Shown piece after piece: positions 20,928 to 31,291 of a stretch of DNA of 52,646 nt. Positions within the stretch are counted from its first letter, which is position 1. Each line of letters starts with the position of its first letter. The notes under the pieces were generated by a model. That model did no database searches and had not been told where the DNA came from. It saw only the letters and a program-made list of their open reading frames with translations. Source of the DNA: a bacterium (GTDB lineage: Bacteria; SAR324; NAC60-12); the NCBI GenBank assembly GCA_965233585.1, contig CBDDTI010000328.1, positions 1-52,646 of the forward strand. Reading direction: 5' to 3'. The position numbers and the translations under genes are program-made.

Positions 20928-22271
20928 ATGGGCGTACCTGAAAAAAGCGGAATTGCCGGATTGGCCGTTGAACAAAACGACGGCACTGAAAGTGGTTTAG
21001 CGCTTCACTCACCGTTAGAAGTAGAAACAGGTTTATTAGACGGGGCTCACGTTATTTACAATAGCGTGGCTTCTATCACCAACACCGGACCGGTCGAATT
21101 TCTTGTTCCTCGCGATAACGAATGCTCTTTTATACTAAATCAAACCAGACTTAGCGGCTATTTTGTAGTGACAAATGACGATGGTGCTCAGGTAAAAAAT
21201 GATACTAAAGTCACACTGGCTAATCATTTTGCCGCTTGTTTATTCAGCCAAGTAGAAGTGTACTTAAACGGGGTCCAAGTAGCTGATTTAAGTTCGGCGG
21301 TCACTTATCCTTGGAGAATGTTCATACAATCATTTCTAAGTTACAATTCGGAGGTGAAAAAAACTTATCTGGCTGCCGAAGGATACTATCCCGAAAATGC
21401 TGACGAAGTTGATACCATAAATGTTACAACCGCCACACCGTCTTTGAATAAAAGAAAGCAGTTAATTACGGATGGTAAAAAAGTGTATTTTAATACGCGC
21501 TTAGCCGTTGATCTGTTTGACACCGACAGATTTTTACCTCCGAATGTGGACATCAAAATTAAGCTAGTTAGATCCGCTGAAAAGTTTGGTTTGCTTCAAG
21601 ACGCTGCGGCAGAAAAACCTTTTAAAATTGTTTTAAAAGATGTCAAATTACATATGAGAAAGGTGTTGCCCACATTATTGCTACGGGAAAGTTTTAAAAA
21701 CAAACTGTTAAAAGAACCGTGCTACCTGCCTTTTAGCGCCACACGTTTAAGACATTATGTTATTCCTCAAGGCGTGTCGTCCTTTAACATCGCCAATATC
21801 GCTAATGGTACTTTGCCGAAACAAGTGTTTTTTGTGATGGTTCACAATCAAGCCATGTCACACGCCCCGGACAAAAACCCTTTTAATTTTCAACATTTTA
21901 ATCTGTCTACTTTTAATTTAAAAAAGAACGGACAATGCGTATTTCCCAGACCATTTCAACCTAATATAAATGAGGGGGACGCCATTGACTTGTATCGGCA
22001 TTTATACGACAGTATTGGCATTTCGCACGGCAATCAATCCATCGGTTTAACGTATGAACAATATTTAAAGGGAAGATTTTTTCTAGCGGCTGATTTAACA
22101 CCGGATCAATGTAATTCGTTCCACGTACATCCGGAAAATTACGGAAATTTAGATTTAGAATTGGCTTTTTCCGTAATAACTCCTCATCCTATATACGTTC
22201 TGGCTTTTTCTGTTTTTAACTCCGGCATTAAAATAGATCAATTCCAACAAGTCATAAAAGGAACAAATTAA
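20928..22271 (+). CDS. Major capsid protein (double jelly roll, hexon-like), 447 aa
   Basis: GPVEFLVP, LFSQVEVYLNG, YPWRMFIQSFLSY, DRFLPPNVDIKIKL, GTLPKQV, NPFNFQHF, DLTPD, GNLDLELAF. The 71 upstream in-frame codons are antisense to TBP and probably not translated. Confidence 0.92.
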   Translation: MGVPEKSGIAGLAVEQNDGTESGLALHSPLEVETGLLDGAHVIYNSVASITNTGPVEFLVPRDNECSFILNQTRLSGYFVVTNDDGAQVKNDTKVTLANHFAACLFSQVEVYLNGVQVADLSSAVTYPWRMFIQSFLSYNSEVKKTYLAAEGYYPENADEVDTINVTTATPSLNKRKQLITDGKKVYFNTRLAVDLFDTDRFLPPNVDIKIKLVRSAEKFGLLQDAAAEKPFKIVLKDVKLHMRKVLPTLLLRESFKNKLLKEPCYLPFSATRLRHYVIPQGVSSFNIANIANGTLPKQVFFVMVHNQAMSHAPDKNPFNFQHFNLSTFNLKKNGQCVFPRPFQPNINEGDAIDLYRHLYDSIGISHGNQSIGLTYEQYLKGRFFLAADLTPDQCNSFHVHPENYGNLDLELAFSVITPHPIYVLAFSVFNSGIKIDQFQQVIKGTN

Positions 22272-22274
22272 ATT

Positions 22275-22757
22275 ATGGAAAACGGATTATCAAATATCTT
22301 TTTATCCAATTATATTCGACCAAGATGTAAATATTTTATCGGGGTTTTTTCAAGCGATAATTTGCCGTCCGATTCGCTCGAGTTGCCTTGTTGCTTAATC
22401 ACCAACTTATCCAAAAAAAATCAAAAAGGATCACATTTCATAGCGATGTATATCAACGGAAAAAATCAACTCTATTATTTTGATTCATTCGGTTTTTTAC
22501 CGCCAATATGGAATCAATGTTTAATGAAGTTCTTACGGCCTTGGATAGAAAAAAACTCATTCAAAACAATTCTGTCTTATTCCGTTCAGGATTTTCGTTC
22601 TTTGTTTTGCGGCTGGTACGTGACCGCTTTTTGTTTATCCGTGGGCAACAATTTAATGTCTCCTCAACAATTTGTTAAAATATTTGTAAAAAAACCCAAA
22701 ATAAAAAATGATGAAATTGTAACTCATTTTATAAAAAAACTTGAAAATAAACGATGA
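22275..22757 (+). CDS. Adenain-like cysteine maturation protease
   Basis: FIGVFSSD, GSHFIA (His), YFDSFG (Asp), VQD..SLFCGWY (Gln, Cys). Confidence 0.93.
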   Translation: MENGLSNIFLSNYIRPRCKYFIGVFSSDNLPSDSLELPCCLITNLSKKNQKGSHFIAMYINGKNQLYYFDSFGFLPPIWNQCLMKFLRPWIEKNSFKTILSYSVQDFRSLFCGWYVTAFCLSVGNNLMSPQQFVKIFVKKPKIKNDEIVTHFIKKLENKR

Positions 22758-22774
22758 CATATATTTTACTTTCA

Positions 22775-23620
22775 TTATAATTTCGGGTATTTTCCCGGAA
22801 AAAGTAGTTTTTTTTTAACAGCATCTGCATCAGTTGTTGAAAGTTTTTTTGATTTAGATCTAGTTTGTACGGGAGAAATAGTAAAAGTTTTCTTTTTCGC
22901 ACCTCCTGATCCTGTTTTGAGGGATGACGTTGAAGCCGAAGGGGATTTTGATGCTTGTGAAGAGACCGAGGCTATATCTTTACCAATTTTTTCTGTGTCA
23001 AAGATGGACAATTCTTTCATATGATCTCTTACAAGGTGTTTGCCGAATTGCGCATCGTCAACATACTGCTTCCCGCATGCGCTAAAAGGACAAACTATTT
23101 TGCCGTCTGAATTTTTTTGTGTCAATGCCTTTATAACAGGCGAATTTCGCCATTCTGGCACGTCAGGAGTTGAAGTATCGTCCTTGCTTTTTGGTCTTGA
23201 AGCGGTATAAAACAAGTCTGGATCGGGTTCCCTCTCCATAACGGGAGTAGTGGGCAAAAACTGAGCGGTATTTTCTTTTTGTTGGGGAGTTTGAGCGGTT
23301 GTTGATCTTGAAATAGATTGATACGTACGACCCGTACTGCTATCGAGTTGTACTGGCGGCATAACATTTGATATATTATCAGAACCAAAACGGTACAATT
23401 TATCACCGCTTTGATTCATTTTTTGCCTGTCTTGTAAATTTTTAAAATTAATGGCATTTTCAATGTAATTAGACGTGTTTGGTTTTTCATTCATAGAAAT
23501 AAGTTCTTTTTTTGTTTCATTATCTTCTATATTTTTTATTAAAGAATGATATAGCCTTTTGGGGACTAAAAACATGGAGTATATTTCATCATTTAATTTT
23601 CTTTTCACGGCTGAACTCAT
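22775..23620 (-). CDS. Hypothetical protein with one C2H2 zinc finger and basic S/T-rich tail
   Basis: MFLVP N-terminal motif; CPFSACGKQY..FGKHLVRDH; conserved in copy 2. Confidence 0.75.
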   Translation of the reverse strand: MSSAVKRKLNDEIYSMFLVPKRLYHSLIKNIEDNETKKELISMNEKPNTSNYIENAINFKNLQDRQKMNQSGDKLYRFGSDNISNVMPPVQLDSSTGRTYQSISRSTTAQTPQQKENTAQFLPTTPVMEREPDPDLFYTASRPKSKDDTSTPDVPEWRNSPVIKALTQKNSDGKIVCPFSACGKQYVDDAQFGKHLVRDHMKELSIFDTEKIGKDIASVSSQASKSPSASTSSLKTGSGGAKKKTFTISPVQTRSKSKKLSTTDADAVKKKLLFPGKYPKL

Positions 23621-23623
23621 CCT

Positions 23624-23998
23624 TTAACGACGACGTTGTAGGCTCTTTTTTGCAATAATTTGAGCCAAAATAGGGACGATAATGCTGGCAATTGCCGATA
23701 AAGTTCCTAAAATTCCGCCCCTTTGTAGTATTGTTCTTTTTTTTGAAATGTCGGAAGAGCGACGAGGCGGCGTGGCAAGACGTCTGAACTCCCCTAAATG
23801 AGCTCTAATTTTTTTCTGAAGTCGTGTTCGCACTTCGCCATGTAAGGGCAATTCGCCGTTCAAAACGTAATGTAAAATACGACAAAGCAATTCAACGCCG
23901 CGATCGTCCAAATAATTTAAAAAATTAGCGCAATCTTTATGTTTTAATTTTTTTATTGCATTAAAAAGCGAATTAGCTTTTTCTAATTTTTTTGACAT
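23624..23998 (-). CDS. Conserved small Polinton protein with LQRGG site and hydrophobic C-terminal helix (putative membrane-active virion protein)
   Basis: LLCRILHYVLNGELPL..KKRTILQRGGILGTLSAIASIIVPIL, next to the ATPase. Confidence 0.75.
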   Translation of the reverse strand: MSKKLEKANSLFNAIKKLKHKDCANFLNYLDDRGVELLCRILHYVLNGELPLHGEVRTRLQKKIRAHLGEFRRLATPPRRSSDISKKRTILQRGGILGTLSAIASIIVPILAQIIAKKSLQRRR

Positions 23999-24044
23999 TT
24001 TAACAGTAATTATTTTTAATTTTTCTTAAATAGATATGAAATTT

Positions 24045-24740
24045 TTAAACAGTAACGTAGGCTTTCATTAATCCTTCATAAGAAAAGATGTTACTTCGAA
24101 TTCTGACTTTATCATCTTGCTGTTGATGAAAATCTAGAAGAAGATATCCGTGACTTCGACCGTTAACTGCTTCTCTATACGCTTTATTTAAGATTCCAAC
24201 ACGACCGGGAAAAATTTGTTTTGCCAAATGTGTGACGGCGCTTCTGTCCCGCGGATTATTAAAAAGGATCATGTATTGCGTATTTATGCTTAATGTCCGT
24301 AAATCGCCTTTTTTGTCAAATAAATTTTGACAAAGAAAAATGGTGAAACAATTGTAATGATGGGTCAAAACCGTAAAAAAATGTTTTAATATTTGCCCAA
24401 CATCGTCTAAATAATCGTCAAAAACAATCAATTTGGGCATTTTTCTCGGATATAATTCTAAAATATCTTTCAACTCTTCAATTGAATTTGGAATATTTTT
24501 GAATTTACGAAAAGACGGAAATTGTGTGTCAGAACCTCTGCCCTCGTTCATGTCGTCTTCCATGTACTGATATGCTTTTTGCGGTTCTTTGTAAAACAAC
24601 AACATTGTTTCAGGCGGAGTTGCGAAATATTCGTGCCGACGAAGCACTAAATGTTTTAGCCACGTTGTTTTTCCGCTTGATGTTGGACCAACAACCAACA
24701 TGTTGGACGGAATATTAAACCTCAAATCAAAACCGTTCAT
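24045..24740 (-). CDS. A32-like (FtsK-HerA) DNA packaging ATPase, 231 aa
   Basis: Walker A GPTSSGKT, Walker B LIVFDD, HHYNCFTIFLCQNLF, RTLSINTQY, NPRD, GYLLLD. Confidence 0.93.
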   Translation of the reverse strand: MNGFDLRFNIPSNMLVVGPTSSGKTTWLKHLVLRRHEYFATPPETMLLFYKEPQKAYQYMEDDMNEGRGSDTQFPSFRKFKNIPNSIEELKDILELYPRKMPKLIVFDDYLDDVGQILKHFFTVLTHHYNCFTIFLCQNLFDKKGDLRTLSINTQYMILFNNPRDRSAVTHLAKQIFPGRVGILNKAYREAVNGRSHGYLLLDFHQQQDDKVRIRSNIFSYEGLMKAYVTV

Positions 24741-24807
24741 TTTATTAATTTTAAAAAAGAAATTACAAAATTTTCTTTTAAATAAAAGTAATGATTTAAT
24801 TATTTTT

Positions 24808-27800
24808 TTATTTACAAATTTGACATTTAGACATTTTGTTGTTAACAATAAGACTATTTCCTAACGATAAAGTGTGACATCCGCAATTTAAAACATATCT
24901 TTTGGAATCCATTGCCGACAACGCAATTTTTCTTTGAAAACACGTCCGGATTTTGTGATTCTTTGATCTTAAATTTTTAAAAGATTTGTAAATTACAACA
25001 GTTTGCTTTAAGCACTTTTTGTAATCTGCATAAGTTAATTGCTTTTTTATACTAGATTTTTTTAAACCTTTGCATACTTTTTTCTCATCAGTTTTGTTTT
25101 TGTCCAAAAAATCGACTATTTTCATAGAATAACATTTTGGACGTAAGCCTATAAAATCAGTAATAGCCGCTCTACCTTTTAATTCATCTTTGAAATAAAA
25201 AAGTTGATTGGCTTTACTGTCGTCAAAAAGTGGATGTTGTTTAGGGTACTTTGAAAAATCAAACATGTGTTTCAATCTCTCCATTTCCCTTTCCAAATTG
25301 TTGCATTTAACTTTTAAAAGAAAAGAATCCGTGTCCGAAAAACACAAAGATACATTGTCTTTGCCAAAATGTTTTTGAATGGTGTCATAGTATGATCTGT
25401 ACATAAACAACTTGGACAACTCTAGAATGGAAAATCCGACGGCTAAAGGCTTTCTCAGCTCTATCATTGCCGGCTTCTTGTTGACAGCCACCAAATTCTC
25501 ATTAATGATTTGAAAATTGTTGATGTGTTGACCAAGACTGGCTTTCCTCAAGCTTTTTTCATCTCCACAAAGGACCACTTCGATGTAATTTCGAACATTT
25601 TCTGAAAAATATAAAATTAAATAAATATTTTATAAAGAATACAACATTTTTTAAAAAATTCATTATAAAGTGTTTAGGAGTTTGGAGATTTATTTTTTAA
25701 AAACTTCCTAAAACCATGTGGCAATTTTCAAAACAAACTTTCAAAACAAAAAGAGGACAGTGATGATGATGATGATGACGATGATGAAGAGGGGATACAT
25801 GAGGTTGAAGGATGAGGAGGACGACGACGAGCAGTGGCTGCTGAAGGAGGAGAAGGAGAAGGAGGAGAAAAAGAACCGGAGACCGGGGGGCGTAATCGGA
25901 CGGATCCGGTCGGCCGTGGCCGGCATTTTTGATGCTCCGCCGCCCGCGGCCGCCTCCGCGTGGCTGGGATTTTCGATGCTCCGCCGCCCGCTGCCGCCTC
26001 CGCCACCGCCAGCGCCGCTGCCGTTGCACTCTCTGTTAGCGTTGCTGTACTCGCCGCCAGCGGCGCTGGCGGCGGCGGAGGCGGCAGCGGTCGCCGAGGC
26101 CTTCAAAACGAAAATTTTATTGCGCCTGACGTCCCCACCGACATTCTTGTTGACCTCCCCACCAACGTCCCCACCGAGGTGCCCACCGAGGTCCCCACCG
26201 AGTCCCCCATCGAGATGCTCATCGAGGCCCCCACCGAGTCCCCCATCGAGATGCTCATCGAGGCCCCCACCGAGTCCCCCATCGAAATGCTCATCGAGGC
26301 CCCCATCGAAGTCACCACCGCCGAAATTCCCTCCAATGTCCCCACCGATGTGCTCATTGACGTTTCCGTCCCCATCGAGGTGCCCACCGAGACCCCCACC
26401 GAGTTCCCCACCGAGGCCTTTGTCGAATTCCCCGTCGATATCCCCACTGACGACCCCATCGAGGCTCCCATCCCCATTAGACTCCCCGCCGACGACAGAT
26501 CTTTTGCCGCCAGACGTCGGGCGACGGAGATTGTCCGCCTGGCTAAAATCCGGGCAGCGGCAAACCGAATGGCCGATTTCGACGGCGAGGTCGTCACTGT
26601 GGAGGCCGAGGTTCACGCGCCTCCCAATGACATTGAAGATGTAGATGAGCGTGTGGTGTGTACTGCCAATACATTTTGCACTAAATATTGGCAGTACCAC
26701 CACACGCTTGTGCAAATATAAAAATACAAAAAAGATTCTAAATCCGGGTATTTACTTACCGATAAACTTTCCAAAAGTAGAGTTGGCAAAAAGCTTAAAA
26801 AGCCGAAGTTCAAAATCGTTGCGAGCGTTTGATCGTAGCATCGTGACCTTTTCAATAAACTCCTTCAAAAAAGCTTTTTGCCGAAACTTTACGGCTCTTC
26901 TTATCCTCAGCAGCTTCATGCCTTTTTTCAAGTAATATTGCAGGTTTTCCAGATGCACAACGTACTTTTTTCGATCATAAAAAGTGCTCAACAGTTTCTT
27001 GCTTCGGTATCTTTTGTTCTTATAATCTCGAGGGTTAAGATGTTTTAGTAAACGGCGATTATAAGGAGACAGATGTTTGTAAGAAACCGTGTCTGTATAC
27101 GGAGCCAGCGGAAATTGATCATGTGTCTGTAAATATTTTACCGTTTATCAAAATGCAAAAACGTGTTAAAAAGATCAGATTTACCGGGTGAAGATGAGAA
27201 GGGTAATGCAAATCAACTTCAAATGCGTAGCCGGTCTCGTCTTGAGAAGAAATCTTGATAATATCTTTGGCAGTCCATTTTTCAAGATCTTTTTTTGCAA
27301 CCCACTCGAAATCAGAAACTGGCAATTTTAAAGTCTCCATGCTCCCGTACAAATTGTTTGCTAAAAAGTCACCGATTTTAAATAAATAGATTAATCAAAC
27401 GATGCAGTATAAAATTACCGTCAATGTAAAGTAAATGATCGCCGCTTTTTCTCGGATTGCTGTTTCCTTTTGCATAACGCTGAGAGATAAAGCTTTGTCC
27501 GCCTCTGATACCCTTTGTAAAAAACTGCTCCATTTCAGGATCGGAATAGATATCCAGAGATCCTGGAGGTTTGGAAGATTCACCCGCGAGGTTATCTTTT
27601 GTTGTTGTAGCTCGTTCAGAGTTTTGATAAAACATAAGCATAACATCAAAACTTAGTCCAGGAATTCCTAAAATTATACGAAATAAAATTTATATTCAAA
27701 CTTTGTATGTCAAGCAACAGAAAAGGAAATTTACCTAAGTAATAGATCGGATCCAATTGAAAGTGTTCCATAACCATTTTCCTGTATTGAAGAAACGCTT

Positions 27801-29548
27801 CACATAGCAGGATGACATCCAAAGAACAATAAAGCATCATGTAATCCGCCACATTCTTGCACTTGAACAGTTTGAAGACTTCTTGCGCATGAGAATAATC
27901 CGTTTCCGAGATGTGTTCTTCATTCAATTCGGAATAAAAAGCATCTTTGGTTGGTAGGTTTCGACTTTTTTTCATTTCTTGTAATGATTGAAAATGCTCG
28001 TAACAAAAAATGCCTTTTCTTTTTAAAAGTTTAAAAGCTTTTGATTTTTGACGGATAGGAATTTTTTGAAATCTTTTCATCTGTTGTAAAATAGGGAAAG
28101 AAAAGTTTGAAGTTTGATTTAAATCTTGGACAAGTGCGTCTAAGCTGGCAGATATGTGCTCTAATGAATCTTGGATTTTAAATTTGCCCAATGTAAGAGT
28201 GCGAAACTTTTCACTGTTTCTAGCCAAGACTTCTGGCATTCTCTTGAATCGGCGAATGTTTAACTCTTCTATGATTAAATGCAAATCGTATCTGAAACAT
28301 TCAATTTGTTAAAAAATTAATTAAAAAAATAAAGTTAATAAAAAATTTTTACCCTTGAGCGTTGTGGAAAAAAATTGGCGTGTGATAGGGTCCGGATCTT
28401 GTCAAATTACACAGCGAATGAGCCGCACCCATTATTTTTCCTGTGACATGATCGTGATCCAAAACTTTTCTATACTTTTTAGGATGGGTAGCAAATCGGA
28501 GACCGCATATATGACAAACGGTTGCTTTTCGAAACATTTGCCATTCCTCATGGGTGGCTTGAGTTTTGAGAACATCTCTAAATTTTTGTTTTCTTTCTTC
28601 AACCACTTTTTCGTAGAGAGGTATCCGATCCAAAAAACGTTTGGCCGCATCCTCTCCTAAATATTCTTCTTGAAAAAATACTTCATTTTCGGAGTCCACA
28701 AAAATCAGGCTGTAGCCTACCGGTCTATGCACATTTATGTCGTCACTTGTGGGAAAAGCACACAAGCATTCCAATTTAGAACAAAGTCGACATTTAGATC
28801 GTTCCTTGTTTCTTTGAAGCACACTTTCAAAATCACAAAATCCCACAACAGGTGCTTTAAACTTATGTTTGTGGTTAGAAAAACTTATAGCGGCATTTTT
28901 GCCGGGATAGATGGTGCGTTGCTTATCGTAGCAAATCCGCTCATGCTTTTCTTTTTTGGATTTTGATCGGAAACGCAGCAGACATTTTTCACAGTGAATG
29001 TACTTCTGTTGACCCGCTTTGTTAAACGACAACAGTCCGGCCCGATTATTCAAAAAACCTTGGAGTTTTGTAATTTTAAAGAAATGATGTTGTTGATTTA
29101 AATCTTTGATTTTTTTAGGAAACTTGGAAGGAAAACTCGATTTTTTAGGGTGGGAATTACTCAAAGTTTTATCGGAAGAGATTTTGGGATCATGTTTTAT
29201 CATTAACAAATGGAGAGTATTTTCTCTAATATCGTTGTTTTTGTTAGTAATAAACCCTAAATTTGAAACGTGACCTTCACTCTCATAAAGTACGGAAATT
29301 GAAATTGGTAAATGACGATTTCTACGCAAAAATTTTTTTATGTCACAAAATTGAAGAGGAAACGTAAAACCTTTTATGTTAAATTTTTTAAGATATTTTA
29401 TTGGCATTTGACGAAAATCTGTAATGGAAGCAATTTCTGGAAAAAGATGTCTAATGTACAGATAAAGAAAGTTAAATTTATCATATCGAGTATTCCATTC
29501 CAAGCAGTTAGATCTTTTTATATCTCGTGTAATTTCTATAAAATCCAT
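24808..29548 (-). CDS. Protein-primed family B DNA polymerase, 6 exons (29548-28353, 28291-27735, 27667-27419, 27360-27185, 27126-26760, 25601-24808), 1112 aa
   Basis: GT-AG splicing restores motifs across junctions: HNAQG/YD, YLG/IPGLSFD, YID/ANNLYG, LHP/THDQFPLAP, FGKFIE/NVR. Also DFES (ExoI), YCSLD (ExoIII), KLFANSTFGK, SDTDS and an endonuclease VII-like insert (CHIC..DHDHVTG..AHSLCN). Exon total is 3339 nt, a multiple of 3. Confidence 0.92.
25762..26721 (+). pseudogene. GC-rich P/E/T/I-repeat protein gene nested antisense in pPolB intron 5; frameshifted in this copy
   Basis: Orthologous to intact 46008-46928. A 44-nt duplication (25915-25958 / 25959-26002) shifts the frame. Confidence 0.6.
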
Positions 29549-29598
29549 TTCCAAAGCTTACTTGAATTTTTCATATACAACAAAATAAGTCCTTAAAA

Positions 29599-30360
29599 TC
29601 AAATATTGGTAATTTGGATGTCGCTAAAAGACAGAGATTCAAATCTCCATCCGGAACCTCTCATCAACAAATCCTCTTCTCGACTTATTAAATTGTTTAA
29701 TAATTTTTGAACTTTACCTTTTAACGAGCGAGAAGAATCAAAAGACGTAAATTGAATATAGCCGGTTCTTAAAGCAAAGACATCTCGATCGCTAGGCATT
29801 AATTCATGTGACGACTGATCAAAACTTTTTTCAGTCGAATCATCAATGTTGCTAACAACCGTTTGAGGCTGTGATGAAGTATTATCAACAACAGCTTCCG
29901 TCTCAGTGTCTTTGTCTTTTGTAGCTGAATTCAAATCAGGAATCTGATACGCCGCTGATAAAATTAAAGCAACTTTTACTGTAAAGGTTTTACTCAATTC
30001 ATGACGAATGACATCAACAATTTCTTGCCTATTTGCTCTATTGACGACAAAGGCGTGAAGCGTTTCTGTAGAAAAAATATGTTTCCGAAAAATTTTAATT
30101 TTACCATTCAGAGCAGATTTAAAAAGTGAATAATTTAAGTCTTCTAAATGAGAGGAATCGATGTGAGAGACCAAATCACTTCTTGATTTAAAGGGACTTA
30201 ATTCATTCTTACAAAACGGGCACTGAAGCGATTGATTTAACGGAGTCCGATTTCGGAATTTTGATGTTGTTTCACGATGACGAAACAATTCATGTTTGTC
30301 TCGGGAAGATTTTCTAGTAAACGATTTTTGACATTCGCGGCAGACGTAGGATTTTGGCAT
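29599..30360 (-). CDS. Stand-alone pPolB N-terminal (terminal-protein-like) ORF with two C2H2 zinc fingers
   Basis: CRECQKSF..HELFRH and CPFC..HIDSSH; C-terminal MRGSGWRFESL, the GSGW motif normally found in the N-terminal part of Polinton pPolB. Stop conserved in both copies. Confidence 0.72.
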   Translation of the reverse strand: MPKSYVCRECQKSFTRKSSRDKHELFRHRETTSKFRNRTPLNQSLQCPFCKNELSPFKSRSDLVSHIDSSHLEDLNYSLFKSALNGKIKIFRKHIFSTETLHAFVVNRANRQEIVDVIRHELSKTFTVKVALILSAAYQIPDLNSATKDKDTETEAVVDNTSSQPQTVVSNIDDSTEKSFDQSSHELMPSDRDVFALRTGYIQFTSFDSSRSLKGKVQKLLNNLISREEDLLMRGSGWRFESLSFSDIQITNI

Positions 30361-30460
30361 TTCTGTTAAAATTCTGAAACAAAATTTATTGACGCGTGAA
30401 ATTTGGAAATAATATATACAAACACATTAAAACTATATAGCTCAGACTAATTAATACAAA

Positions 30461-31291
30461 TCATTCTTGTCTAAAATGACGCAACAATCTTTGATATTGA
30501 GCACGTAAGCGTTCGCGTTCACGCTCAAGCGTTTGAATGCGTTGACGCAATACGTACTCAGCATAACGATTGAACAAATCATAAGGTGAGCCTCCTTCTA
30601 CATCAATTAAATCAAGAATGAAAGAGGCTAAACGACCGTCACTCGATCTTTCTAAATTTGAGGGTGCGGGGAAATAATTTTCCTCTTCTATTTCTTCTTC
30701 TGCTGATCGAGTTGGACGTTGATAAGGAGAAGAATATCTTCCACCCCTACCAACACCGCGTCTGACCTCTCGTCCAATCGAGGCTGAAGTCGTTTGATTG
30801 AAGGGGCGAGAAATATTTTGACCCCGACCAACGCCACGACCAGCGAACGAATTACTCGAGGTGTTGCGCTCAGCAAAAATTCTTTGAAACATGGGACTCG
30901 ATGTTGAATCATCGACAGCGTTGTTTGATGATGGCGATGTTAATTCATCGGCGGAGTTATTGGTCGATGTTGAATCATCGGCTAAATTGCTATTGATCCG
31001 AACCATAATTCCAAATCCTTCGGGGTTTACAACTATCGGTTCAGATACTCGACCCCGTTGATTAAACGAGGAAGATGTTGTTTGGCCCCGACCAACACCA
31101 CGAGCGGGGAGAGAAGAACTTGAGCCATCATTTGACCTCAAATCTCCTCGACCTCGTCCAATTGGCACAACCGGTGGTGATGGCGGTGATGTTAAATCAT
31201 CAGCGTTTCTTAGATGAAATCTTATTCTTAACCCTGCAGGGCCAAGAAAAACTTGGCGAGGGTTGTTGGAGTCATTTGGTAAATTAGACAT
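30461..31291 (-). CDS. RG-rich disordered protein with C-terminal coiled coil
   Basis: GRGRG and three RGVGRG motifs, ADD(L/S)TS repeats, LRQRIQTLERERERLRAQYQRLL. Frame kept in copy 2 with a 3-nt indel. Confidence 0.72.
   Translation of the reverse strand: MSNLPNDSNNPRQVFLGPAGLRIRFHLRNADDLTSPPSPPVVPIGRGRGDLRSNDGSSSSLPARGVGRGQTTSSSFNQRGRVSEPIVVNPEGFGIMVRINSNLADDSTSTNNSADELTSPSSNNAVDDSTSSPMFQRIFAERNTSSNSFAGRGVGRGQNISRPFNQTTSASIGREVRRGVGRGGRYSSPYQRPTRSAEEEIEEENYFPAPSNLERSSDGRLASFILDLIDVEGGSPYDLFNRYAEYVLRQRIQTLERERERLRAQYQRLLRHFRQE

Noticed and set aside
25741..26715. Gly/Asp-rich minus-strand ORF and Pro/Ser-rich alternative + frame in the large intron
   Set aside because: Shadow frames of a GC-rich repeat. 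Third-position bias and the conserved C-terminus favour the IEAPTESP frame, and these ORFs' ends differ between copies.
24808..29554. pPolB as a fragmented pseudogene
   Set aside because: Every break has GT-AG ends, restores a conserved motif in frame and is conserved in both copies.
29500..29600. Intron joining the terminal-protein ORF to pPolB via GTAAGC near 29561
   Set aside because: The GT lies downstream of the stop codon and is AT in copy 2.
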